IMG/VR virus record: IMGVR_UViG_3300020354_000001
Coordinates: 1-38,789 of that record
Length of the DNA: 38,789 nucleotides
Source of the DNA: a virus
Direction: 5' to 3' (one strand)
Shown here: piece by piece, positions 24,225 through 31,724 of the stretch
Layout: the number at the start of each line of letters is the position of its first letter
How positions within the stretch are numbered: position 1 is the stretch's first letter
Notes under the pieces: model-generated
Seen by the model: only the letters and a program-made list of their open reading frames with translations
What the model was told of the DNA's origin: nothing
Database searches by the model: none
Made by a program: the position numbers and the translations under genes

Positions 24225-26366
24225 TTACCGCCGTTTCTTAATCACTTTGAAGCGACCGCGCTTTTTGGGCGGTGCTGGTGGCGTGCTTTCGTCAGGGGTA
24301 GAGACCGCCTCTGCTGCTGGCTCGGCTGGTGTGTCGGTATCATCGACTGACTCACCGCTGTCGCCTTTCGCTAAGCGTTTCAGATCGCCCAACGTGAGTG
24401 CGCCTCGCTTGCGTCTGTGCAGTTTCGCGCGTAGCGCCATGATGTATTGCATCGCTTCGCAGTCGAGCTTGTGGTTCTCGCCGATTTTCTTATACGTGCC
24501 GGTTTCCTCGCTCCACTCTTCACCGACGATCTGTTTGCAGTAGTCGTCGGTAACGTCCGTAGGGAGCAGCCACCAGCCGGGGTAACGATCAGCTTCACCG
24601 CTTTGCGCGCGGCTGATGCGGCTATGCACCCACCGTTTGGCCAGCGGCGAATCGAACGCCCAGCGGGCATCGCCGCGCTTGCGCACCTTGCCTTGCTTGT
24701 TGACCTCGACCAGCTCTTTCTTGAACGGCTTATCGAGCCGGTCACGGCCACGCAGCGCGATCGCCCGGCCCTTGTGCGCGTTGATGAACTTGTAGACCTG
24801 GTCGTCGCGGTAGCCGATGTCGATGCCGGTTTCATTGATCGGATGACCGCCGTACTCCTGATCCATCTGCTCGGCGAGATCTTCCCAGACCGCATCCTCA
24901 TCGGTGTTTCCCCACAGCTCGCCCTCCTCGAGGAGCTGCGAACCCATGCCGGTAAACCAGGCGCGAACCACGTATTCGAGGCGCGTTTTCTGCACGTCGA
25001 TGGTCATGAAGATCTGGCGCGGCTCAGGGAGAATGAGCTCGCCGCTGGCGTAGGCCCAACGCATAGAGCGAATCTCCTCCCAGGTGGGCACATCGCCGAC
25101 TTCGGCGAACAACTGACCAAAGCCGGTGTTAGTGACGCCCTGGAGCGTGGCGGGGTCGCCCGATTGCTGCGCTTCCAGCAGCTTCTTAGCAAGAAAGCCG
25201 TAGGATTTTTTAGCCGCGAAGCTGACCAGGCCGGACACCCACAGCGAGTAGTGGCTCGACCCTTCGGTCTCTGCCGTGCCGGTCACTTCACCAGGCAACA
25301 CCTGGTCGCCCTTGCGGCGCGCTTTAGTGACTGATTGACCAGGGGCAACGGCAACGCCGCGCGCATTCATCCAGGGACGGTACTTGTCCTCGACACCTTC
25401 GCCACAGCAGGAACAAATCAGGCGCGCCTCGCGCTCTGCGACGTCCGGCGAGCACTCCTCTTTGCTGCCCTGGCCAGGCCACCACAGCAGATCCATGTGC
25501 GGGATGAAGTAGTCGAGGCAGTTGGGGCATGGGATCGCCCACTCGTGGCGCGTGCCCGACTGCCAGAGCCGCCACACTTTCGATGTGACCGCGCCTTTTT
25601 TGCCCACTTGCCAGTGCTCGAGGCCTGTGTCTGGGTGCTTTCGTTTCGTTACCCGGCCACGCAGCGGCGTCGCGGTATAGCCGACTTTCGAGTCGACATA
25701 CGCATCGCCACGCGCTTCGATGATCTCGGTAGTGTCGCCTTCGCCGGTGTTGACGATCCGGTCCACCTCGTCGACCAGGATCAGACCGGCAGAGTCGGCG
25801 GCGAGCTCAGTGGGCGAGCCTGCCCAGGCAAAACGAAACTTGGTGCCACCGATCCACTTCGTGAACTGGGTCGAACGGCGCTTGTCGTACTTCCGCCAGA
25901 GCGCTGCGCACTCGCGGAACATGTCCATGAACTTCGGCTCGACCGTGCTAGTGATCAGCGGCTTTGTCGGTGTGACGTACAGCACCGGGGTCGGATCTTC
26001 ATCGATGCGATGCCCGACCACGTTCTCCATTGTCACTGATTTGCCCATCTGCGTGCCCATGACGAACGTCACGCGGCGAAACTGTGGCTGGGCGAATGCC
26101 CACGCCACTGGCTTCATGTACGGGTTACTGTCAGGGTTAAACGGCCCAGGCACCGGCGCGGCCGGTGGCATGATCCGCTTGTCGCGTGCCCACTCGTCAC
26201 TCGTCCTCGGCGGCGGTGCCTCCACCATCGTCGCCGTCAATCGAATCAAGCGCGTCAAGCTCAGCAACGATTGCCGATGCTGCATCGTTAAGTCGTTCGG
26301 CAGTAGACCCACGGATGCGGCGGGTCTCGGCGTGGATCCGCTCTCGCACTTTTGCTGGGTCATCAA
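24225..26366 (-). CDS. terL: Terminase large subunit (lambda gpA family)
   Basis: 713-aa ORF. SDEWARDKRIMPPAAPVPGPFNPDSNPYMKP and GTQMGKS (Walker A-like) resemble gpA. Start uncertain, with ATGs at 26366, 26285 and 26228. The 26228 start gives a 32-nt overlap with terS. Confidence 0.9.
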   Translation of the reverse strand: MMTQQKCESGSTPRPAASVGLLPNDLTMQHRQSLLSLTRLIRLTATMVEAPPPRTSDEWARDKRIMPPAAPVPGPFNPDSNPYMKPVAWAFAQPQFRRVTFVMGTQMGKSVTMENVVGHRIDEDPTPVLYVTPTKPLITSTVEPKFMDMFRECAALWRKYDKRRSTQFTKWIGGTKFRFAWAGSPTELAADSAGLILVDEVDRIVNTGEGDTTEIIEARGDAYVDSKVGYTATPLRGRVTKRKHPDTGLEHWQVGKKGAVTSKVWRLWQSGTRHEWAIPCPNCLDYFIPHMDLLWWPGQGSKEECSPDVAEREARLICSCCGEGVEDKYRPWMNARGVAVAPGQSVTKARRKGDQVLPGEVTGTAETEGSSHYSLWVSGLVSFAAKKSYGFLAKKLLEAQQSGDPATLQGVTNTGFGQLFAEVGDVPTWEEIRSMRWAYASGELILPEPRQIFMTIDVQKTRLEYVVRAWFTGMGSQLLEEGELWGNTDEDAVWEDLAEQMDQEYGGHPINETGIDIGYRDDQVYKFINAHKGRAIALRGRDRLDKPFKKELVEVNKQGKVRKRGDARWAFDSPLAKRWVHSRISRAQSGEADRYPGWWLLPTDVTDDYCKQIVGEEWSEETGTYKKIGENHKLDCEAMQYIMALRAKLHRRKRGALTLGDLKRLAKGDSGESVDDTDTPAEPAAEAVSTPDESTPPAPPKKRGRFKVIKKRR

Positions 26367-26772
26367 TCACCGCCAAATCTGATGCAAGCCGACTCGATAG
26401 AGAGTCGAGCTGGGTAGCGAACACAGCGCCCACCCCCTGCAGGATCCTCCCGACCGCGTCCAGCGGCACCAGGCGGCGGCGCGCCAAATCGATATCAATC
26501 TGCAGCTTTTCCCGCCGCGCTTTCTTCAGCAGCCGATCCTCGGCACTCGCCGAGCCGACGCCGTCTTCTGTTTCGTCGTCATCGTCACCGTACTGGCGGC
26601 GTACCTCACGGCGTATCAGCCAGTCGATCGCGTCTTCGGTGTCGATCTCCAGCACGCGGCCTTTACCACCGCCGCCTGCCGTGGGCATGCCCTCATCGAC
26701 CCACTTGCCTATCCAGCGCTCTGACTTGCCAACCATTTTGGCGAACATCTTTTTGCTGACGATCTCGCCCAT
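26197..26772 (-). CDS. terS: Terminase small subunit (lambda Nu1-like winged HTH)
   Basis: 191 aa. KKMFAKMVGKSERWIGKWVDEGMPTAGGGGKGRVLEIDTEDAIDWL parallels the Nu1 N-terminal DNA-binding domain (GMP...GGGKG). Confidence 0.85.
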   Translation of the reverse strand: MGEIVSKKMFAKMVGKSERWIGKWVDEGMPTAGGGGKGRVLEIDTEDAIDWLIRREVRRQYGDDDDETEDGVGSASAEDRLLKKARREKLQIDIDLARRRLVPLDAVGRILQGVGAVFATQLDSLSSRLASDLAVIDDPAKVRERIHAETRRIRGSTAERLNDAASAIVAELDALDSIDGDDGGGTAAEDE

Positions 26773-26852
26773 GAGCAGCTCCGGCAGAAAGGACTAAGGC
26801 GCGCGGCCGTGATGACGTGCAAATGTAGAAACGTCCTTTCTCACGAAAGGGC

Positions 26853-26884
26853 ATTTGTACATTTGTACTCTTGTTCAAATGTGC
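26853..26884. promoter_or_regulatory. GTAC-box array C: four contiguous 8-bp units upstream of terS
   Basis: Units are ATTTGTAC ATTTGTAC TCTTGTTC AAATGTGC. AAATGTAG at 26821-26828 is in the same 8-bp phase. The small hairpin CCTTTC-TCAC-GAAAGG (26835-26850) lies between them. Confidence 0.55.
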
Positions 26885-27044
26885 GTGGTTGCTGGGCTGC
26901 CGGGGCGTTGACGCCACCCCGGCTAGTCCCTTCTAAAACGGAAGTAAGGACTCGAAAAATTCACCCAAAAACGCGCGAATCCCGCGAGTTTCTCACCCGT
27001 GAAGGGCGTGTGGCGGGGGAGTACCTAAAAGATGATAGGCGTTC

Positions 27045-27596
27045 TCATTTGCCATAATCGCCCAAATCCCGCAGGTTTTTCCCGCCTAGCTCAGCCGGTT
27101 GCTGAGGCTTGCCACCACCATAGAAGAAGCGAACGACACCACCGACCAAGCCAGCGACTAAGCCGGTCATGATCAGGTCAGCGTAGCGCTCACCGGTGGT
27201 CGACAACGGGATGAACGTAACGGCGGCGGCAAAGCCAAACGCAAACAGCAGCAGGATCGTAGTCATCAAGTACAGGAAGTTGCTAGCCAGCCAGCCGCGA
27301 TTAGCCTGAAGCGTGGCCACTTGCAATGCACGAGCATCGACACGATCCAGGTGAGCGATGCGCTGCAGCTTCACCTCGCTATCAACCAATGCCTCTTCAA
27401 AGCGCAGGCGTGCCTCTGGGTCAGCGTTCAACGCTTCGAGCGCATGCTCGCCGCTAGGCGCGCCGGTGATCAGCTTCGCCATGTCGACCACGCGGTCGGC
27501 TACTTCAGCGCCGTTTTTTGCGTCGAGCAGCTCGCCAATCTTTTTTCCTAATCCCACCGCACTTGCTAGCCCTGACGCGATAGCGATAACACTCAC
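27045..27596 (-). CDS. Putative holin (3-TM, GTA-type holin-like)
   Basis: 183 aa. ADPEARLRFEEALVDSEVKLQRIAHLDRVDAR is followed by hydrophobic helices (FLYLMTTILLLFAFGFAAAVTFIPL and LIMTGLVAGLVGGVV). Its start overlaps the endolysin stop. Confidence 0.5.
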   Translation of the reverse strand: MSVIAIASGLASAVGLGKKIGELLDAKNGAEVADRVVDMAKLITGAPSGEHALEALNADPEARLRFEEALVDSEVKLQRIAHLDRVDARALQVATLQANRGWLASNFLYLMTTILLLFAFGFAAAVTFIPLSTTGERYADLIMTGLVAGLVGGVVRFFYGGGKPQQPAELGGKNLRDLGDYGK

Positions 27597-28228
27597 AAAA
27601 CACCCCCGCGCGGCACTGCCGCGATTTCATTGAGCCAATGGCTAGGCACCGGCTGTTGTTGCAACACGTTAGAGAGCAGCTCGACCACACGTCTGAACCA
27701 GCCATACGTAAACGCCTCCTGGCTTTCGCTGCGCTCTGCCAATCCACGGCAAAACACGATGCGCTCGGCATTGATCGTGTGAGCCAACACCTCAAGGCCA
27801 CCGTTGCCACGAGCAGCAACAAACCCGGCCAGCGCTTTCAGCGTCTCGCCACCGACCGAACCATCCACCGCGATATCCGCGTAAAAACGGCCACGATTGT
27901 TCAGCACGTTCAACTGACGCTGCAGGTATTCAGCCGCGCGGCCCGGCCCGCTGTTCACCCCAAAATCGAACAGCACCAACGCTAAGTCGGTGCTGAATGC
28001 GGCGATCTCATCGAGCTGCAACGAATGCCAGTAGTCAGCCGCATAGATCGCGGCCGCTTGCTGGCGTGACAGGGCGCGCATGTCGCCGGTGTAGCCATGG
28101 TGGCGAGCCACTGCGATCGTGATACCCCAATTCGTAGGCCCGCCGCGATCCGCTGGATGGTTGACGTAGCCGCCTTCGCGGTCGATCACTTCCGCGATCA
28201 ACTGGCGTTTGAGTGTGTCGATGCTCAT
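27593..28228 (-). CDS. Endolysin, glycoside hydrolase family 108 muramidase with a C-terminal peptidoglycan-binding domain
   Basis: 211 aa. REGGYVNHPADRGGPTNWGIT is the GH108 signature. The C-terminal region is PG_binding_3-like. Confidence 0.9.
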   Translation of the reverse strand: MSIDTLKRQLIAEVIDREGGYVNHPADRGGPTNWGITIAVARHHGYTGDMRALSRQQAAAIYAADYWHSLQLDEIAAFSTDLALVLFDFGVNSGPGRAAEYLQRQLNVLNNRGRFYADIAVDGSVGGETLKALAGFVAARGNGGLEVLAHTINAERIVFCRGLAERSESQEAFTYGWFRRVVELLSNVLQQQPVPSHWLNEIAAVPRGGVL

Positions 28229-28551
28229 GACTGGATACCTACTCTGCTCAGAATGATCTCAACCAGCACTGGCCCGGCCACCAGCCCGAAGAACGCCAAA
28301 ACGCCGAAAAACACTTTCGAGAACGTGCCCCATCGATGCCCGGACGTTGAGCTCAATTTTTCGACCTCGGTTTTCAGCGTGGCCATCGCACCCTCGACCG
28401 TGTCTAAGCGATCCTCAACGTGGGCGATGTCTCTTTCGTTTCTGTCCTGCCGCTCTTCGAGTCGCACCACGCGATCGAGCTTCTCCTCAATGCGCACCAG
28501 GCGCGCGAAAAGCTCCTGGCTCATTAAGTCGGAGTTCATAGTCGTATCCAT
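28225..28551 (-). CDS. XhlA-like lysis-associated membrane protein (coiled coil plus C-terminal TM)
   Basis: 108 aa. An N-terminal heptad coiled coil (LVRIEEKLDRVVRLEERQDRNERDIAHVEDRLDTVEG) is followed by the TM segment VFFGVLAFFGLVAGPVLVEIIL. First gene of the lysis cassette. Confidence 0.45.
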   Translation of the reverse strand: MDTTMNSDLMSQELFARLVRIEEKLDRVVRLEERQDRNERDIAHVEDRLDTVEGAMATLKTEVEKLSSTSGHRWGTFSKVFFGVLAFFGLVAGPVLVEIILSRVGIQS

Positions 28552-28578
28552 AAGCGAGTTTTAGCGGAAGCCAGAAAC

Positions 28579-28602
28579 AAAAAAGCCCGCACGAAGGCGG
28601 GT
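28579..28602 (-). terminator. Intrinsic terminator 2 in the late leader
   Basis: Minus strand: CCCGC-CTTCGT-GCGGG followed by CTTTTTTGTTT. Short 5-bp stem. Confidence 0.5.
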
Positions 28603-28622
28603 AAAGGTTGTCACCGGGAACG

Positions 28623-28649
28623 AAAAAGCCCGCCGGGTGAGGGCGGGCT
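28623..28649 (-). terminator. Intrinsic terminator 1 in the late leader
   Basis: Minus strand: AGCCCGCC-CTCACCC-GGCGGGCT (8-bp stem) followed by TTTTCGTT. Confidence 0.65.
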
Positions 28650-28675
28650 TTCGCAATAAGGGCAATTTGACATAG

Positions 28676-28703
28676 AGACTACTCGGATACGGACTTTTGT
28701 CAA
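28676..28703 (-). promoter_or_regulatory. Candidate late promoter (PR'-like)
   Basis: Minus strand: -35 TTGACA (28703-28698), 16-bp spacer, -10 TAGTCT (28681-28676). The -35 overlaps the first unit of array D. Confidence 0.5.
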
Positions 28704-28758
28704 TATGTGCAAACGAACTAACGTTACTTTGTGCAAATGTACATAAGTACGCTTGTAC
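28695..28758. promoter_or_regulatory. GTAC-box array D: eight contiguous 8-bp units (64 bp) upstream of the late promoter
   Basis: Units are TTTTGTCA ATATGTGC AAACGAAC TAACGTTA CTTTGTGC AAATGTAC ATAAGTAC GCTTGTAC. The array starts 1 nt from the stop of the Lar-like gene. Confidence 0.6.
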
Positions 28759-28759
28759 A

Positions 28760-29065
28760 TTACCGCAGAGCGCGCGCCCAGCCTGCCACTGCGCCGGGCA
28801 GCGACATAAAGCCACCGGTTCGCTTATCGCATCCGGTGCAGCCTGCCCACCACTGCTGATCACGCTGCTTAAAGCGCACCGGCTTAGCCTCACAGCAGTA
28901 GGGCAGGTCGGTGCGGTTGACCTCACGCCAGGAAGCCACCGCCCAATCATGGCACTTGCTGCCCTCGCCACGATTGTTGCACACCGGGCAGATCAGCAGC
29001 AGCGCGCCGTCTTTCTCACGGCGCTCTGGCGGGTGCTGGCAGTGGTTGCAGTTGGGTAGCGTCAT
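28760..29065 (-). CDS. Cys-rich protein with two Lar-like zinc-ribbon modules (restriction-alleviation-like). Alternative role: late regulator
   Basis: 101 aa. First module: CNHC...CPVCNN...AVASW. Second module: CC...CTGCDK...AVAGW. Each module ends in A-x-x-x-W, as in the Lar family. Confidence 0.55.
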   Translation of the reverse strand: MTLPNCNHCQHPPERREKDGALLLICPVCNNRGEGSKCHDWAVASWREVNRTDLPYCCEAKPVRFKQRDQQWWAGCTGCDKRTGGFMSLPGAVAGWARALR

Positions 29066-29310
29066 CAGACCTCCGGCACATCCCTGGCTTTCAAACTCTT
29101 AACCAGGCCTATGCTCTCAGGATCCACACGAAACTTTTCCATCTGCCTAACCATTTCCTTACGCGCTGCTAAAAACTGAGTAAAAATCGCATCCCAGCCA
29201 AGCCGCGCGGCCATTTCCTCGCTGTTAAACTCCACCTCTTTAGCATCAACATTGGCAGCCACCATATCGCCGCGCTCGATGCCTGTGTCATCCCAGCCAT
29301 AGACCTTCAC
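29065..29310 (-). CDS. Hypothetical protein (81 aa)
   Basis: ORF track. Coupled starts and stops within the early-left operon. Confidence 0.6.
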   Translation of the reverse strand: MKVYGWDDTGIERGDMVAANVDAKEVEFNSEEMAARLGWDAIFTQFLAARKEMVRQMEKFRVDPESIGLVKSLKARDVPEV

Positions 29311-29915
29311 TCAGTCACCCTCCAAAGCGCTTCCAGCGCTTCCCGGTCAATATCATTCAGCAGGCGGTGCATCGCCTGCCAACGTCCGCACCAGTGCTTG
29401 TCCCAATTCGCCCGTTTCACGTCCAGCAGCTCCTGGAGCCGCTCAGGCGTATGGACAGGCTGCCCGCTGTTCTTGCGCGCTTTATGACACTGCACAGCAA
29501 GGTGAACCAGCCCTTTACACAACCTGAGCGTTTTGGCCCGAACACTCCCCAGCGTCGGCTCGAAACGCGCCCACAAGGCCACCGTGACCCCTTGCTCGTC
29601 ACACCACTCCCGGCTATCCGCATAGGCGTAGCGCAACCAGTGCTGGTATGCAGGCTCAAGCGTGCGGATCGCCGCCACGATCCGGGCATCGTCAAACGCC
29701 CACGGCGATAGCGGCATGCTGCTTTTGGGCTTAGGCCGGGTACCACTAGCCACCAACCGGGTCGACTGGCGCTTCATCTCAGCACACCACCGCCGATGGC
29801 CAGCCGGTGGCAACCGATCCCGGTACGTTTCATCGGTATAACGTGCAGGAGCGTCCGACTCGCTAATGCGGCGGGGCGTCGGCGCAGCGTGCGCATAAAC
29901 CACTGTACGGCGCAT
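29307..29915 (-). CDS. Putative late-gene antiterminator (Q-like), low confidence
   Basis: ORF track 29307..30131. The long N-terminal extension overlaps the TraR-like gene, so the ATG at 29915 or GTG at 29948 is preferred. Local, colinear resemblances to lambda Q (RYAYAD vs FAYAD, and LAVQCHKAR vs LVVQCHKEE). Position upstream of the late promoter. Confidence 0.35.
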   Translation of the reverse strand: MRRTVVYAHAAPTPRRISESDAPARYTDETYRDRLPPAGHRRWCAEMKRQSTRLVASGTRPKPKSSMPLSPWAFDDARIVAAIRTLEPAYQHWLRYAYADSREWCDEQGVTVALWARFEPTLGSVRAKTLRLCKGLVHLAVQCHKARKNSGQPVHTPERLQELLDVKRANWDKHWCGRWQAMHRLLNDIDREALEALWRVTE

Positions 29916-29952
29916 GTACGCCAATCCTTGAGCGTCCAGCACGGGCACCCCC

Positions 29953-30189
29953 TCATCGACAGCGCTGACCGCGTTGGTCAACGAACTCCTGGCAAGGCAC
30001 GCAGCGCGTGACCCACGGCATCGCTTCACGGCGTCTCGGGTCGATGTCGAAGCCACACTCGACGCAATACTCAGACCCCGGCTGGCTCTCGCGCGCCGCT
30101 TGCTCACGCGCCCAACGCGCCGCGCGCTCATCTTCCAGGCGCGCCTGTTCTTCCCCTGCGATATCGGCTACATCACTCAAAATTGACAC
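29953..30189 (-). CDS. DksA/TraR-family C4 zinc-finger protein
   Basis: 78 aa. CVECGFDIDPRRREAMPWVTRCVPCQE is the TraR/DksA C4 motif. Confidence 0.8.
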   Translation of the reverse strand: MSILSDVADIAGEEQARLEDERAARWAREQAARESQPGSEYCVECGFDIDPRRREAMPWVTRCVPCQEFVDQRGQRCR

Positions 30190-30707
30190 CCCTTGGCACC
30201 CTTAAAACCCTCCCAGCAGCCGTTCAAATAACCACGGTCGCCATACAAACCATTGGGCTTACGAAGCTTCTTAATTTCTGCGGCGGTATGCTGATGGCCC
30301 GAATCTTCACTCCACTTTCGCGCATACCATTTCTCGAATAACTCGCGCTCTTCGGCTTCGTTATCCGGCGTGCTCAGCAAACTCCAACCGTTAAGAGGGC
30401 TGGTTAAAGCGATCAAAACTCGCTCATCCAATGACTGGTGCGGCTCGGCAGGCACGCCAAGCTTTTCACGGATCAGATCCAGCAGGCGCGCCCGGTCTTC
30501 GGCATAGTCCTTTGCTGCCTGCAGCTCTTCCTCAAGCTTCTCGATCCGTTCTATGTGAGCGTTTTGCTGGTCTAGTAGCCCTTTACGATCACTCACGGCG
30601 TCATGGCAGTCGGCCATGAACGCCTGAAAACGCTTACCATTAGCCGCTGAAAGCGCAAAGCTCACCGGATCCTGGCCATCCATAAGGTCAAACGTCATCT
30701 GCGGCAC
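30177..30707 (-). CDS. Hypothetical protein with a coiled-coil segment (176 aa)
   Basis: ORF track. GTG start with an AGGGAG RBS 7 nt upstream. Confidence 0.6.
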   Translation of the reverse strand: MPQMTFDLMDGQDPVSFALSAANGKRFQAFMADCHDAVSDRKGLLDQQNAHIERIEKLEEELQAAKDYAEDRARLLDLIREKLGVPAEPHQSLDERVLIALTSPLNGWSLLSTPDNEAEERELFEKWYARKWSEDSGHQHTAAEIKKLRKPNGLYGDRGYLNGCWEGFKGAKGCQF

Positions 30708-30709
30708 GG

Positions 30710-30976
30710 CTACGCTCCCTTCGCTTTTGTGTGCGAGATAAAATCCTGCAGCAGCTCTTGCATGCGTTTTTCATCACCACAGTGGCCAAGCGTGTCATGC
30801 CATACCTTGGCAAGAACGAGCATTTCAAATAGCGACAGCAGACCATGGTCATTATCAAAATCACTCATGCCTGCAATCGACTCAAAGGCGTCGCAGGCTC
30901 TACGTAGCGCGTTTGTATTTCCGGCTACTGCGAGCATCACCCGCTGATTGACTGGCGACTGGTTTCCCATCCTCAA
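30710..30976 (-). CDS. Hypothetical protein (88 aa)
   Basis: ORF track. Start overlaps the upstream stop. Confidence 0.55.
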   Translation of the reverse strand: MRMGNQSPVNQRVMLAVAGNTNALRRACDAFESIAGMSDFDNDHGLLSLFEMLVLAKVWHDTLGHCGDEKRMQELLQDFISHTKAKGA

Positions 30977-31593
30977 CCCCCAATCTCAAAAGCGAGCATA
31001 CGCATACGCGGCAGCGGCCGACCGGTGCCCCGGCTGACCGCCGCAACTTCGCTCAATACCGCTTCCACCAGGTCGACGGCCTCTTTCATCATTCGATCTG
31101 CCTGTGCAGGGCAATCGTTGCGGTCATAACCGCCGTTGTGGGCTGGCTGGGAGTACTGCAGGAACTCGCCGAACTCCTGGCTGATGCGGTGAAGCTGGGA
31201 AGCCGCCCGCGCGAGATCGTCGACGGCTGAGAAGCGAGGCACCGGCACGTACAGCGAACCGGCCATGGCCATCAACTCCCGGCGCACCTCGATCTGGTAC
31301 TGCTCTGGCAACAGATTGACCCACGGCCACTTCCACGCCATCGGAAACGGCTGATCGCCGCGAATGATCCGGCCAACTTTCATCGAGACGCTGCGACGCC
31401 AGCGCATATACGCATCGGTGCTGCGCTCGACCTCGTCCCGGTCCACTTCCACCATCCCTTGGCGCTCCAGCGCTGGGATCAGGTGGATGGTCGAGAACGA
31501 CTCGATGGATTCACGGCTATTCGCGAACCAATCCAGGGTCGCTTTGATGATGACGTCGCACTCAGTGCGGGGCTTTGATGACATGACAACCAT
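30973..31593 (-). CDS. First early-left gene, possible 186 CII / CP76-family regulator
   Basis: 206 aa, divergent from the repressor gene. GSLYVPVPRFSAVDDLARAASQLHRISQEFGEF and IIRGDQPFPMAW resemble the CP76 family by eye. The ATG at 31584 has a better RBS than the one at 31593. Confidence 0.35.
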   Translation of the reverse strand: MVVMSSKPRTECDVIIKATLDWFANSRESIESFSTIHLIPALERQGMVEVDRDEVERSTDAYMRWRRSVSMKVGRIIRGDQPFPMAWKWPWVNLLPEQYQIEVRRELMAMAGSLYVPVPRFSAVDDLARAASQLHRISQEFGEFLQYSQPAHNGGYDRNDCPAQADRMMKEAVDLVEAVLSEVAAVSRGTGRPLPRMRMLAFEIGG

Positions 31594-31724
31594 CCTTTTT
31601 CGTTATCGTATTCAGCCCATCTTGTGTGGGCATCCCCACATTCTGCTTATTCGTAGAATTTAGTTCAATGCTTTCTGCTTATCAGACTTTGATTTTATGC
31701 AGATTCAGGGAGGAAAATTGCCGG

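Noticed and set aside
26809-27057. Plus-strand ORF 26809..27057 (82 aa) and minus-strand ORF 26693..26917 in the terS-holin gap
   Set aside because: They have no RBS and Cys/Arg-rich odd composition. They span the regulatory array and the presumed cos region, so the gap is treated as non-coding.
27505-27822. Embedded minus-strand ORF (105 aa) overlapping the endolysin/holin junction, considered as an Rz1-like o-spanin
   Set aside because: It has no lipobox (L-x-[GA]-C) after its hydrophobic start. It is Arg/Cys-rich with junk-like composition and has no RBS.
29916-30131. N-terminal 72 codons of ORF 29307..30131
   Set aside because: This part overlaps the well-supported TraR/DksA zinc-finger gene (29953..30189) in another frame, and it is Arg/Ser/Ala-rich. 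A downstream start (ATG 29915 or GTG 29948) removes the conflict.
31626-31724. Upstream extension of the repressor ORF (start at 31626)
   Set aside because: The extension reads through the divergent promoter/operator region and encodes a hydrophobic, junk-like peptide. The ATG at 31725 has a GGGAGG RBS and starts right at the HTH domain.
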